A stretch of DNA of 64,000 nt, taken from positions 54,622,001 through 54,686,000 of the forward strand of contig NC_043012.1 in NCBI RefSeq assembly GCF_006345805.1, written 5' to 3'. This document shows positions 36,115-48,563 of this stretch, one piece after another. Source of the DNA: Octopus sinensis (taxonomy: Eukaryota). The translations under genes were made by a program, and so were the position numbers. Under the pieces are notes generated by a model. It was given only the letters and a program-made list of their open reading frames with translations. It made no database searches and was not told the origin of the DNA. Position 1 is the stretch's first letter, and each line of letters opens with the position of its first letter.

Positions 36115-36152
36115 TCTTTCTGTTGAAGAGCGTAAGCTTGAAACGTAAAAGA
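36115..36152 (+). ncRNA. Minimal type-I hammerhead motif (A6>U)
   Basis: TCTTT-CTGTTGA-A-GAGC gtaa GCTT-GAAA-CGTA-AAAGA. Stem I is 5 bp, the triplet is GUA, and stem III is the ACGT palindrome. Confidence 0.7.
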
Positions 36153-36447
36153 CTTGTTTTATTTATATTCCTGAGCGCCATACTAATACAATTATGGAAG
36201 ATGAGAATAAAACAAATTATATGATGGTCTGCATGCCATGTTTGACACCACTAGCATGTAGCTTTGCTGCAATTTTCTTGTTTGTTTTTTTTGTTTATTT
36301 GTTACAAAGGCTTTTAAATTTCTGATTGATGAAAATACTATGTAAAAGTGATTATATATGTTTTTCTCATTTATAAGAATGTATTTGTGTTCCTAAGTAG
36401 AAAATGATAGAAAAAATCTTTCAACAATGTTTTTCTTTGCTCGACAG

Positions 36448-36521
36448 ATTCTCAAACTTCAGGAACCTCGTGGTTTACATTTTATGTCACAGTTATTAGG
36501 TGCTCAGAGTGAAGCTCGATG
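36448..36521 (+). CDS. AGBL2: CCP exon (ILKLQEPRGLHFMSQLLGAQSEAR-W)
   Basis: ctcgacag|ATT...CGATG|gtcagt. 74 nt, phase 0 to 2. L.EPR....RW motif. Confidence 0.85.
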
Positions 36522-38950
36522 GTCAGTGGTGTTTTTATATATTCTATTTGGTTTGTTTGTTTGTGGGGGGAGAGGGTGCGTGTGCATGTATTGTTATATT
36601 CATATTGCTCGTTATTGCCCCCCAACAAATGGTGAATTCAGAGGTTTGACCAATGATTAGTTGGTTGTGAGTTCAAATATTAACACTACTGTTAACTGAT
36701 TTATGATACTTGTCATAGGCCCAGTCATGGCTGTGTGGTAAAGAAGTTTGCTTCCCAGCTACATGGTTTCAGGTTCAGTCCTACCGTGTGATACCTTGGG
36801 CAAGTATCTTTTACTGCAGCCTCAGGTTGACTAACAACTTGTGAGTGAAATTTACTAGAACTGAACAGCCATATGTGTGTATGGATATATGGATGGATGG
36901 ATATCCAAGTTCGTATTATTGTGTATAGAAAAATATATTAATTAATTAATTAATGAAATTCCAACTAAGTCTGATTTTCAAGTTTTATTATTTTTATTTT
37001 TTACAATTTTACAACATTCTTTTCTACTCTAGGCACAAGGCCCGAAATTTTGGGTGAGGGGGCCAGGCCAGTCAATTAGATCGACCCCAGTACGCAACTG
37101 GTACTTAATTTATCAACCCTGAAAGAATGAAAGGCAAAGTCAACCTCAGTGGAATTTGAATTCAGAACATAAAAACAGACGAAATACCACTAAGCATTTT
37201 GCCCAGCATGCTAATGTTTCTTTAAATACCCACTGAGGGGCTCCATACACATACGTATGTGTGTGTGTGTAAGCAACATGGCCTAGTGGTTACAGTGTGT
37301 GGCATTTGTAACTGGGTGGTGTGTTGTCTTCTTGAGCAAAACAGTTCATCTCATATTATTCTGCAATCACTTTGACACCTGACATGTAGTACACCATACA
37401 CCTGTCCAGACTGTCAATTTGATAGAGTGAAGAGATAATGTACAGTACACATGTTTGATCACTGTAGAGCCAGCTTTCTCAGACTACAAGGGATTACCAT
37501 CATGTATAGGTGTGGGCCTCACAGAGGGAATGACGAAAGACCGAGACCTCTGGAGATATGCTGTGACTGTAAAGACCCGACAAATGAAGTGAGTTCATAG
37601 CTCGCAGGATGGCCTGCTGTGCTTACCTTGGATCGTAGGGCGACCTGCTATGCTTGAGGAGACCTATTGAGTCAAGTATATCAACATCAAAATAAAAATC
37701 AAATGGAAATTGTAGTTGTGATACCCATGCTGGTGACACGTAAAAAGCACCATCCAAATGTGGCTGATGCCAGCACCGCATTGACTGGCATCAGTGCTGG
37801 TGGCATGTAAAATGCACCAATTGATTGTGGCTGTTGCCAGCCTCCTCTGGCCACTGTGCCGGTGGCATGTAAAAAGCACCCACTACACTCTCGGAGTGGT
37901 TGGTGTTAGGAAGGGTATCCAGCTGTAGAAACACTGCCAGATCGAACCATCCAACCCATGCTAGCATGGAGAATGGACGTTAAACAATGATGATGATGAT
38001 GATGACTTCAAATAATTCCTAACAATATGTCTTCGACTATTTTATTGAGGTCACATGAACTTGAAATCGAAACAAAATACCAGTCAGGTACTAGGGTCAA
38101 TGTAATTCATTTGTCCTCTCCCATCAGTATTGCTGGCCTTGGACTCTGCAACAGAATGATGTCCCTTTCAGGGCAGTTTTGTAGTCTCAGTCACTAATAG
38201 GTTGCAGAAGCTGGGTAGCTGACCTTATGACTCCTGGGATCCAAGGAAGAGTTTTTAAAATGCACCTATACACTCACATTCACTTCTCTGTGTGTGTGTA
38301 AATGGAGTTAGGGCTCATGGCTTAGGGGTTAGGGTATTCTGCTCATGATTGTAAGGTCGGGTGTTCAATTCTTGGTGGCTTGCTGTGTCCTTAAGCAAGA
38401 CACTTTATTTCATGTTGTTCCAGTTTACTCAGCTGGCAAAAATAAGTTGTGCATGTATTTCAAAAAGCCAGCCTTGTCACGTTCTGTTCCAAACTGAATC
38501 TCCCCAAGAACTACATTATGGGTATGCATGTCTGTGGAGCACTCAACCAACCGCATGTTAATTTCACAGGCAGGCTGTTCTGTTGATCAGATCAACTGGG
38601 ACCCTGGTCACCTAACTGACAGAGTGCCAGAAAGATTTATGGCACTGTGATTAAGAATTTCCCTTTATAATCATAGTTTCATGTACACACACACAGACAC
38701 ACATGATGATAATGATGATGATATATATATATATATATATATGTGTGTGTATGTGTGGCTGTGTGGTAAGTAGCTTGCTTACTAGCCACATGATTCTGGG
38801 TTCAGTCTCACTGCATGGCACCTTGGGCAAGTGTCTTCTACTATAGCCTCGGGCCAACCAAAACCTTGTGAGTGGATTTGGTAGACGGAAACTGAAAGTA
38901 GTCTGTCGTATATGTATGTATATGTATATATATGTATGTATATATATATA

Positions 38951-39026
<76 letters not shown>

Positions 39027-39339
39027 AAATGTTTGTGTGTCTGTGTTTGTCCGCTCCACTATTGCTTGACAACCGATGTTGGCGCGTTTAGGTCCCTGTA
39101 ACTTAGCGGTTCGGCAAAAGAAACCAATAGAATAAGTCCTGGGATCGAATTGTTCGACTAAAGGGGGTGCCCCAGCAAGGTCACAGTCAAATGACTGAAA
39201 CAAGTAAAATAAAATGAAAAAGACAAATATATATGTATACAGAATTTGAGGAAACGATATCACCATAAGGGAATATTGTTAAATAGATGAGATATTCTCC
39301 AATTCTTTTATATTGTATTTTTCCACTTGTTTCAAATCT

Positions 39340-39678
39340 ATCTATCTATCCGCTCAGTTGAAGTCGACTCTCAGTCACTCGTTGGATCAGTGTCCTCCAG
39401 TCAGTTCTATCCTGGGCCGCTTCTTTCAGACTGGCTATGTCCATTCTGGTATCACTCTTGATGGTGTCAAGCCAGCGGGTTCTTGGTTCTGCCTCTTCCT
39501 CTCTTGCCACTGACCATTCCGAGCATGATGTCCTTCTCCAGGGATTTTCTCCGCATAATATGACCGAAATATGCCAATCTATGCTTGGTGATCCTAACTT
39601 CTAGCGACATTTTCGGCCTGATCTGCTTAAGAACTTCTCCATTGGTGAGCCTCGCTGTCCATGGAATCCGTAAAAGTC
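39340..39678 (-). mobile_element. RTE/BovB-like LINE 3' fragment (different family)
   Basis: Minus strand LRIPWTARLTNGEVLKQIRPKMSLEVRITKHRLAYFGHIMRRKSLEKDIMLG. Confidence 0.8.
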
Positions 39679-39737
39679 TTTTTTTTTTTTCTGTTTCAAA
39701 TAATTCCTCACAATATGTTCATATCTATTTTCTTCAG

Positions 39738-39820
39738 GCCACGTGGACTTGAAGTCAAAACTAGTCATATCCGACATTTATGTATTGTACCAGTCAATCC
39801 TGAACCTTTCTATCAACAAA
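39738..39820 (+). CDS. AGBL2: CCP exon (W-PRGLEVKTSHIRHLCIVPVNPEPFYQQ)
   Basis: ttcttcag|G...CAAA|gtaagg. 83 nt, phase 2 to 1. PEPFY motif. Confidence 0.9.
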
Positions 39821-39875
39821 GTAAGGACAAAATCAGTTCTAATTTAGAACCCTTATTTCTTACACCTTAGGCATT

Positions 39876-40004
39876 ATTTACATTATTTACATTTGACGGA
39901 TATTTGTCCTCATCATGCCCGTGGGCATATGGCGTAGTGGTTAAGAGCGCAGGCTACTAACCCTCCCAAGATTCCGAGTTCGATTCCAGGCAGTGACCTG
40001 AATG

Positions 40005-40044
<40 letters not shown>

Positions 40045-40248
40045 TAACAACAAGAACAACAACAACAACATCGAAAACTACCTTAGGAACAAGAACCCAG
40101 GTTTGAAATTTCCCCAAGACACCTGATGAAGGCTGGAGAGTATATCAGCTGAAATGTTGTGTTAACAACAAACAAGATAAGGACAAATATCCATCAATTG
40201 TAAATAATGTGCATAATTCCTCATCTCTTAAATATAGAACTGTATTAT
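39876..40248 (+). mobile_element. tRNA-headed, hammerhead-carrying short retroelement with inverted tail and 11-bp TSD
   Basis: TSD CCTTAGGCATT at 39865-39875 and 40249-40259. A box TGGCGTAGTGG at 39930-39940, B box GTTCGATTCC at 39978-39987, then (AAT)n, hammerhead 40118-40163, and inverted repeat 39873-39914/40176-40217. Confidence 0.85.
40118..40163 (+). ncRNA. Minimal type-I hammerhead motif
   Basis: GACAC-CTGATGA-A-GGCTG gagagtatat CAGCT-GAAA-TGTT-GTGTT. Core intact; wobble pairs at 10.1-11.1 and 15.2-16.2. Confidence 0.8.
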
Positions 40249-41869
40249 CCTTAGGCATTGTTGCTATTTGTATTCCAGTGTGTGTGTTTGTTTATGTTTA
40301 GATTTATTTATGTAACTGTGGTGAATATCTCTAGAAGCTACATGGATTTTTAATGCTTTTGGTACTAACCCACTTGCAACTGCTCTTGTTTCCATGAGAT
40401 GCATTCCTTATTTTAAAGTGAGCTAAATTAAAGCCTTCTTCCAAATTTCCTTGGTAACCCTTTTGTTAACATATTTCTATTGAAATACACTGCCTTTCTT
40501 TCAGCTAATCTTGAAATTAACGAAGAATTTAGTAATATTGAAGCACAAGTGTGGCTGTGTGGTAAGAAGTTCTGCTTCCCAACCACATGGGTCTGAGTTC
40601 AGTCTGACCATGGACAAGTGTCTTCTATAGCCTCAGACCAGCCAAAATCTTGTGAGTAGATTTGGTACACAGATACTGAAAGAAGACTAGCAACTATATG
40701 TATATATATATGTGAGTTTGTATGATTGTGTATAGAAGAATTCCACAACAATCTGATTTTCACATTTTATTATTTACAATTTTTACGTGTGGTAAGTAGC
40801 TTGCTTACCAACCACATGGTTCCAGGTTCAGTCCCACTGCGTGGAACCTTGGGCAAGTGTCTTCTACTAAAGCCTTGGGCTGACCAAAGCCTTGTGAGTG
40901 GATTTGGTAGACGGAAACTGAAAGAAGCCCATCGTATATATGTATATATATGTGTGTGTGTGTGTCTGTGTTTGTCCCCCCAACATCACTTGACAACCAA
41001 TGCTGATGTGTTTATGTCCCTCTAACTTAGCGGTTCGGCAAAAAGAGACCAATAGAATAAGTACTAGACTTACAAAGAATACGTCTTGGTGTTGATTTTC
41101 TCGGCTAAAGGTGGTGCTCCAGCATGGCCACAGTCAAATGACTGAAACAAGTAAAAGAGTAAACTTTATCCAAAGACAAGTCAGTGCAAATTTTTTAGCT
41201 AGTCCAGTATCTTCAGTCAGTATGTTGATGATAATACCATTTAATACTATTATTAATCATATATCTTCAACATCACATATTTATTTCAACTACAGACCTA
41301 ATTTTGATAGTATGTTTGTCACAATATAAGCCAAATTTTTTTCCACAAAGTCAGCTGACAAGAACAATACACATTTTATGTAGAATATTGAAACCTATTT
41401 TGTTTCTATGTTTGGTTTGCAAGATTCTTAATGTGAATTTGTGTGTTGAAACATATTTTGTTATATCTTGAGAGGGTTGTTCTGCCAATAATAAACACAT
41501 GCACCGGTTCTGTTTCACTTCTTTTATTATTATTATTCAATTAGTCAACCATTTAACCAATTAACTGAGCAATTCAACATCATCATCATCATTTAGCATC
41601 TGCTTTCTGTGTTGGCATGGGTTGGATGGTTTGACTGAAAACTGGTAAGCTGGAGAACTGCACCAGGTTCCAATCTGATTTGCCATGGTTTCTACAACTG
41701 GATGCCCTTCCTAATGTCAACCACTCCAAGAGTGTAATAAGTACTTTCTACATACCACAGACACAGGTGCCAGTTATGTGACACTGACATCAGCCACAAT
41801 TATGCTTTCACTTGGCTTGACCAGTCTTCTCAAGCATGGCATATTGCCAAAGGTCTCAGTCACATGTTA

Positions 41870-42135
41870 TGTGTTTTAGACATTGGCTTCACGAAGGGTA
41901 AAAGGCCTAGCCACAATTGAAAAGGGAACTCCATGTGAAAAAAGTTCTTCTCTGTTTGGTGGGATTGCAAAGAAGTCACTCTCAAAACAACTGAGGAAGT
42001 TGAAACTGACTCTTTCAGAGTTCTTCTTTTGGAAACCAAAAGAGTTTGCATTAATGGGATTAAAAAGCTTAATGAGTAGATGGGAAGATGTAATAGATAC
42101 AATTATGGAAACTATATTGACAATTAAGCTTCGTT
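41870..42135 (+). pseudogene. Mariner transposase C-terminal fragment
   Basis: ORF 41883-42137 ends LSEFFFWKPKEFALMGLKSLMSRWEDVIDT. Confidence 0.6.
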
Positions 42136-42254
42136 AAAATGTAAGATTTGATCAATTGTTTTCCTTATTTAATCCAGACATTACTTATGGAATGACCTGA
42201 TATATAATATATCACTTTTTTTTTGTTTTTTTGTTTTTTTGTTTTTTTTTGCAG

Positions 42255-42340
42255 CTGGGTTAGAAGATATGCCAAGGGTTAGAAGTAATTTCAAAGCCAA
42301 TAAAGTTGTTTTTGAAAATAAAAGAATGCTGAATGCTGAC
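42255..42340 (+). CDS. AGBL2: CCP exon (T-GLEDMPRVRSNFKANKVVFENKRMLNAD)
   Basis: tttttgcag|CT...GAC|gtgagt. 86 nt, phase 1 to 0. TG.E..P...VV pattern. Confidence 0.85.
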
Positions 42341-44659
42341 GTGAGTTTCTAAAAATATCAATATTACTAGACATGTATTTCACTAAAATGTTCAACTCAT
42401 TTATAGAATTTTCACTCAGCTACCCTACCAAAAATCGGGTAACTATAGATGTCGCTCTCAACTATTAAACATGGTAAATGTAAAACTATGAAACAGCCTT
42501 GTTAAAATTTAATATTGGATTGGATTGCCGAAGTTCAGTCTGCTGCTGGACAAAGGCCTCATCATGTCCTCTCCACCAACTATGGTTTGATGTAGAGGCT
42601 GAGAATTTGAGCTTGAGATTATACTGGCTTGGTGAGCCTACACTGTCACACTGGCTTGACATGGCTTGGCAGAAGGGGGCAGTTTTTATACCCATACTCA
42701 GAAGTAGTTAAGTTGATTACATCAACCCCAGTGCTCAACTAGTGCTTATTTTATCAACCCAAGAGGATGGAAGGAAAAGTCAACCTCAGCAGAATTTGAA
42801 CTCAGAACATAAGGATAGATGAAATACTGCTTAGCATTTCAACTGATGTGCTAACAATTCTGTCAGCTCACTGCCTAAATTTGATATATGTGATATACTG
42901 TATTTTAACATGTATAAGGAACCCTTTTTTGTCAAAAATTAGGTTTAAAAAATATGGGAGTTTCTTATACATGGATAGTATTCATCATTTAGCGTCCGTT
43001 CTCCATGCTAGCATGGGTTGGACGGTTCAACTGGTGTCTGTGAAGCTGGAAGGCTTCGTCAGGCCCAGTCAGATCTGGCAGTGTTTCTACGGCTGGATGC
43101 CCTTCCTAACGCCAACCACTCCGTGAGTGTAGTGGGTGCTTTTTACGTGCCACCCGCACAGGTGCCAGACAGAGCTGGCAAACAGCCACGAACGGATGGT
43201 GCTTTTACGTGTCACCGGCACGGGGCCATCTTAATAAATTACTTAATTCTTCAAACCTCAAATATCCAAATTAGGAGATTCCTTATACATGAGGGTTCCA
43301 TATACACATTAAAATACGGTAATTAGATTCATTGTAATATTGTTATTCTGCCACATTGCAGTATGTTGATCACAGTGCTTTATTCATGTTGAAATTGTGA
43401 TGTTGTGCTTGATGAACCCACGACAGTCCTTCACCTTAGGCTTATAAACTGATATATTTATTCTCAGTGGAACTAGATGTTTCATCACCATCATCATGAG
43501 TCAGATGGAATTTATTGAGGCAGATTTTCTACAACTGGATACCCTTCCTGTTTTCAAGTGAGGCAATATTATCCCGTATTTAGGCAGGCTTTTTGCAGAA
43601 AACTGGAAATGCACAACCTTGCTAGTGTGATGATGATGCTCATTTAGTACCTTCACATGATGTCCAGACAATGGCACACACACACACACACACACATCAC
43701 TTCCTACATCTACTCTTCAGCTCTAACCATTCTTTGCAGTTGTTGCCTACCTCCCAAATGCCAAACGCTTAAAGTGGATGGCGCCTGTGGAATAGGGAGA
43801 CCCAGGAAGACATGGGATGAAGTAATGAGGGCTGATCTCAAGATGTTGTGCCTCACTGAGTAGACGACAATGGACTGAGATGTCTAGTGTGAGGTGCTTG
43901 AGAAGATCCACTTACTTTAGCAAAGCTGATTTCTGAAAGCACTGTGTATTCCACCCATTGTCAGCAGCGTTAACATATATGTGAGTAGCCAATCTGTAAC
44001 CAGTGGTTGAGCCTCTTCAGCTTGATGGCTGCAAAGGTTGCCAGTGTCTGAAATGGCTATTTAGGCCCAGAACAGTATAGAAAAGCCAGGGTCATTTATT
44101 GCAGGGAGGGTTGGTCAGGGACTAGGAAGTGCAAGTCGTTCTGTGCATCTTCAACATCTGATCTCTGCCTCTTCTCATCTGTTATTTTCTTATTTCTTTA
44201 TTGCCCACAAGGGGACAAACAAAGACAGACAAAGGAATTAAGTCGATTACATCAACCCAGTGTGCTGGTGCCACATAAAAAGCACCCAGTCCATTCTGTA
44301 AAGTGGTTAGTTTTAGAAAGGACATCCAAGCCAAATCTGACTGGAACCTGGTGCAGCTCACCGGCTTGCCAGCGCTGGTCAGAGTGTCCAACCCATACCA
44401 ACATGGAAAATGGACATTAAAGGATGATGATGATGTTTATTATAGCTGGGTTCAAATTGTTTTTGAAGCACCTGCCTCATTGGATCTCCACTATCTCAAA
44501 GAACATTACAATAAATCTGATATGGGTGATGAGAGTTATATCCCTCATGTAATCAATCCTGGGAAATTACACAAAAAGAGTTTTAAAATAACCTTTGTCC
44601 TAATATAAAGTTGTAAGTTTAAAAAATTGACTTTTGTTTGTAATTTGTATTTAATAAAG

Positions 44660-44787
44660 GCCCTGCCTTGCGATCCAGAAACTTCCGATTTCACCAACAA
44701 CTATCAGAACGTAACCTATTTAGCTGCAGCAGAATTACAGTTTGAATCAAGGTTCGAAAGTGGAAACCTTGCCAGAGCTATTAGGGT
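44660..44787 (+). CDS. AGBL2: CCP exon (ALPCDPETSDFTNNYQNVTYLAAAELQFESRFESGNLARAIR-V)
   Basis: FESRFESGNL is the CCP N-terminal domain signature; donor GT|gtgagt. The 5' acceptor (aataaag|44660) is weak, so the start is less certain. Confidence 0.9.
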
Positions 44788-45850
44788 GTGAGTTATAATA
44801 ATTCATTGCGTTGAACACTCTGTGTGTGTCTGTGTGTGTGTCTTGCTTGCTCATGCTGGTCATTGGATTTGATGAGGGCTATCTTCTCTTTGAACTGTGG
44901 ATCCTTTGAACATCTCACTTTTTCTTTAATTGTTGGGTTTTTGACGACTGTACTTTTTATCCCTTTAGCACTTAAGCCGACCGTATCTAGCCCAAATATT
45001 CTGACCGTTTTATGATCAAACCAGCCAGATTTGGCTTCTCATGCCTCCTCTACAATGTCACTCTATAAATAAGCAGTCACATCATTAAAATCTCAAAGCT
45101 ATGAGATATCACATGATTAATTCAAAACAACACAAATAAATAAGCATTACATTTGACAGAGTAATCTGAATGCTAAAGGGTGAAAGACCAGTTACAAAGT
45201 ATTCTCTTTCTTTACTACCCACAAGGGGCTAAGCACAGAGAGGACAAACAAGGACAGACAAACGGATTAAGTTGATTACATTGACCCCAGTGCGTCACTG
45301 GTACTTAATTTATCGACCCCGAAAGGATGAAAGGCAAAGTCGACCTCGGCGGAATTTGAACTCAGAACGTAATGGCAGATGAAATACGGCTACGCATTTC
45401 GCCCGGCGTGCTAACATTTCTGCCAGCTCGCCGACCAGTTACAAAGTGTTCTGTCACACAGACATCTGAAGGAATGCAATTGCTTCCACTTATGCTATAC
45501 TTACTGTATAGAACAATGAAACTATGGAAGTGGTACTGTTCCATTATCAGTGTTGTGTATTATGCCCTAACTAAACCTCTATGTATGGATCTAACATAGA
45601 GTTAACAGTTTAGGGTTAGTGCTCAGGAATTTAGAAATACTCTAGATGAGGAATAAGCATTATAAGACCACTAATTGTCACCAGAATATTTGTGTCTAAG
45701 AGATGGGTAGATAAGGCTTCTTAACAGTAGAGGAGAAACTTATCCGCACTAGCTTGCTATCTTGCCGGTTAGGGTTAGGGTTAGGGTGCAGAAAGACAGA
45801 CTACACTCTGAAAGAAAAAAACAAGCTGTGGGGGTCAGCTTCAATGTGCT

Positions 45851-46120
45851 TTCTGGCTGAGTAGACTTTTGGCAGCTTCCTGCAGCTTTAAAGAGGAGAA
45901 ATTAGCCATTTTGGCTCACTCATAATGATATTGACTCCTCTAAAGATCTATGATCCTCATTGCAGGAGAAGGCACAATGATGTTTTATAGTGGAATTATA
46001 AAGGATGGTCATTTTCCAGTAGCATTACCTTTACTGTGAAAGAGCTTGATCTAGTATCAAGTGTAACCCAAAATGACTAGTAGCTTCTCCCTGTAGCTAA
46101 AGGAAACAGCCAGAAATCTA
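45851..46120 (+). repeat. 270-bp direct repeat, copy 1 (copy 2 at 46372-46638)
   Basis: Near-identical sequences, ttctggctgagtagac...cagccagaaatcta, differing by a 3-nt indel and rare substitutions. Confidence 0.95.
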
Positions 46121-46179
46121 GTCTGTCACAAACTGCCATTAAAGCTGACCACCACAGCTTGCTTTTCTCTCAGTATGTA

Positions 46180-46968
46180 TTGTGTTGTCTGGAAAGTCCG
46201 TGCCGATTTTTAAAGGAAAGAAAAAGGTCAATGAATACTTGCCATTACATTTTTAATCAACCAAATGTGAACCATTTTGTTGCTCAATGCATCTCCATCT
46301 TTCCTTTAACTTGACAATACCCTCTTCCCAGAATTGAGGTGGCTTCATGGCAAAGAATTCATCAATTTAATTTCTGGCTGAGTAGACTTTTGGCAGCTTC
46401 CTGCAGCTTTAAGGAGGAGAAATTAGCCATTTTGGCTCACTCATAATGATATTGACTCCTCTAAAGATCTATGATCCTCATTGCAGAAGGCACAATGATG
46501 TTTTATAGTGGAATTATAAAGGATGGTCATTTTCCAGTAGCATTACCTTTACTGTGAAAGAGCTTGATCTAGTATCAAGTGTAACCCAAAATGACTAGTA
46601 GCTTCTCCCTGTAGCTAAAGGAAACAGCCAGAAATCTAAGAATTTAATTTTTACGTCATCCAAGGAATTGAGATTTTTACCATTGAGACTATTCTGCAGA
46701 GACCTGAATGAGTGGAAATCTGAAGGAGCAATATGGAGAGTGGGGTAACACATCCCAGCCAAGCTGCAGCAATTCTTATCTTCCGTTTTAAAGGGTTACA
46801 GAATTAACACAGGTTATAGGAACATAAACCTTCTTCCACGAAAAGATAGCTTAAACTGTGCTCTAAATGGAGGTGTAGTCAAATCCTATTTTATGGACTC
46901 AACCATGTCCTAAAATAAGTCGAAAGGTAAGCTACTATAAATCGGCAGGAACTTTCCAGACAACCCAA
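46180..46968 (-). mobile_element. Deleted mariner element interrupted by a 267-bp insert
   Basis: TA|TTGTGTTGTCTGGAAAGTCCGTGCCGATTT ... AAATCGGCAGGAACTTTCCAGACAACCCAA|TA. Minus strand IAPSDFHSFRSLQNSLNGKNLNSLDDVK [insert] DEFFAMKPPQFWE. Confidence 0.85.
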
Positions 46969-47377
46969 TATTTCTTAAGTCATTGTCTTTCTTGGCTCCT
47001 CTGCAAGACAGTTCAGATAGGTTGTCCCTAGAGGGGCTGTTAAGGAGCTCTATCAACCCCTCACCTAAACATGTGTTCTGTCAAGAATTAGGGGTACATA
47101 ATTCCCAAAGAGGATATAAAACACTCATTTCCCATCTTGAAAATTTCTGTATCCTTATGCAGTGTTTCTAAATAGTTGACTCTATACTTGATCCAGACGT
47201 CTTTTTGACAGATTTTGCTTCTATCCTCACAGGGTTTCCAGCAACTCTCTCACTAGGTTAACTTTGTGGCAGGATTGCCAGTTTAGTCAATTGGTTGCTT
47301 AACCAGTTGTGCTGGATTACAGGTTACCATTAGAACTGGTAATATGTAACAGTAGCATCAACAACCAGTGCTCCTCC

Positions 47378-47435
47378 GACCGCGATCCTCTGACCGCGAG
47401 TCCGCTGCCCTAACCACTGGGCCATTGCGCCTCCA
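47378..47435 (-). mobile_element. tRNA-like SINE head fragment
   Basis: Minus strand tggaggcgcaatggcccagtggttagggcagcggactcgcggtc has an A box but is truncated before a B box. Not a complete tRNA. Confidence 0.55.
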
Positions 47436-47726
47436 TTTGAAGGTGGTGTTGGTTATGATGGCAGAAGTGAGTGTAGTCACGGTGCCGGTGATGGTGGTTG
47501 TGGTAGCTGATGGCTATTATTGTGGTTGTGGTGCCTGTGGTGATAGTAGCAGTAATGACAAGGATGATGGTAATAATCTTGGTTATGATGGTGGTGGTGG
47601 TGGTGAGAGTGATGGAGGTTCTGGTGATAGTGATGTCAATGACAACAGACGAAGATGGTGATGTTGATGATGATGCTGATGGAGCTCTTATTCTCACTTG
47701 AAACAAATGTCAAAGTTACTACATGA

Positions 47727-47822
47727 TTTTTATTATTATTATTATTATTGTTATTATTATTGTTGTTATGATTACTATTATTATTATTATTGTTATTATT
47801 ATGATTATTATTATTATTATTA

Positions 47823-47854
<32 letters not shown>

Positions 47855-47885
47855 GTTATTATTGTTGTTATTATTATTGTTGTTG

Positions 47886-47922
<37 letters not shown>
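47727..47922 (+). repeat. (TAT/TGT)n microsatellite
   Basis: Direct reading. Source of the spurious poly-N/Y/I ORFs. Confidence 0.95.
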
Positions 47923-48344
47923 GTTTTTTCCTTCTTTCTTCAAATTTTCTTCCGTTTCTCGCCGAGTGTTTTCCATACACCTAGGGCAGAGAAGCTCATT
48001 GTATGCATTCCCAGATTACACACGCAAATTCACAGATAAAATATGTATTTAAAAATTAATAAATAAATAAATTCATGGATGGATGTTATTTTCACAGTGA
48101 TAGTGCTCTTCTCAGTACATGAGCCGTTCCAGTTAATATGATTTTTTGCACTTCCTGTAGGGATGGTAAGCCTGGAATCATTTTCAAATAGGTTTCAGTA
48201 CCTTTTTTTATCATTCCTAGAGATCCTACAATCACTGGTACTGTAGTCGCCTTGAGATGCCACATTTTTTCAATTTCTATTAGCAGGTCTTTATATTTAC
48301 TAATCTTTATATTTACTAATTTACTATATAATCTTTATATTTAC

Positions 48345-48386
<42 letters not shown>

Positions 48387-48430
48387 TCTTCCCTACTAAA
48401 GTTAACTTCATGTGCACTGGTTTCTTTCAG

Positions 48431-48563
48431 AGGAGATAATGACTATGAGCTATATCTTCATTGTGACCTCTACACAAGGAGTCACACTCAATGGTTTTAT
48501 TTCCAAGTGGCCAATACTAGAAAAAATGTGCCATACAGATTTACCATAGTTAATCTTATGAAG
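48431..48563 (+). CDS. AGBL2: CCP exon (V-GDNDYELYLHCDLYTRSHTQWFYFQVANTRKNVPYRFTIVNLMK)
   Basis: ttctttcag|A...AAG|gtaaag. 133 nt, phase 2 to 0. HTQWFYF and YRFTIVNL motifs. Confidence 0.97.

Noticed and set aside
39918-39995. Functional tRNA gene
   Set aside because: A and B boxes are present but the acceptor stem and cloverleaf do not close; interpreted as a SINE head. The same applies to 47378-47435.
45769-45786. (TTAGGG)3 telomere-like repeat
   Set aside because: Only three units, with no associated telomeric retroelement or fusion signature; compatible with chance or a tiny interstitial remnant.
47636-48052. Poly-N/Y/I ORFs
   Set aside because: Translations of a trinucleotide microsatellite.
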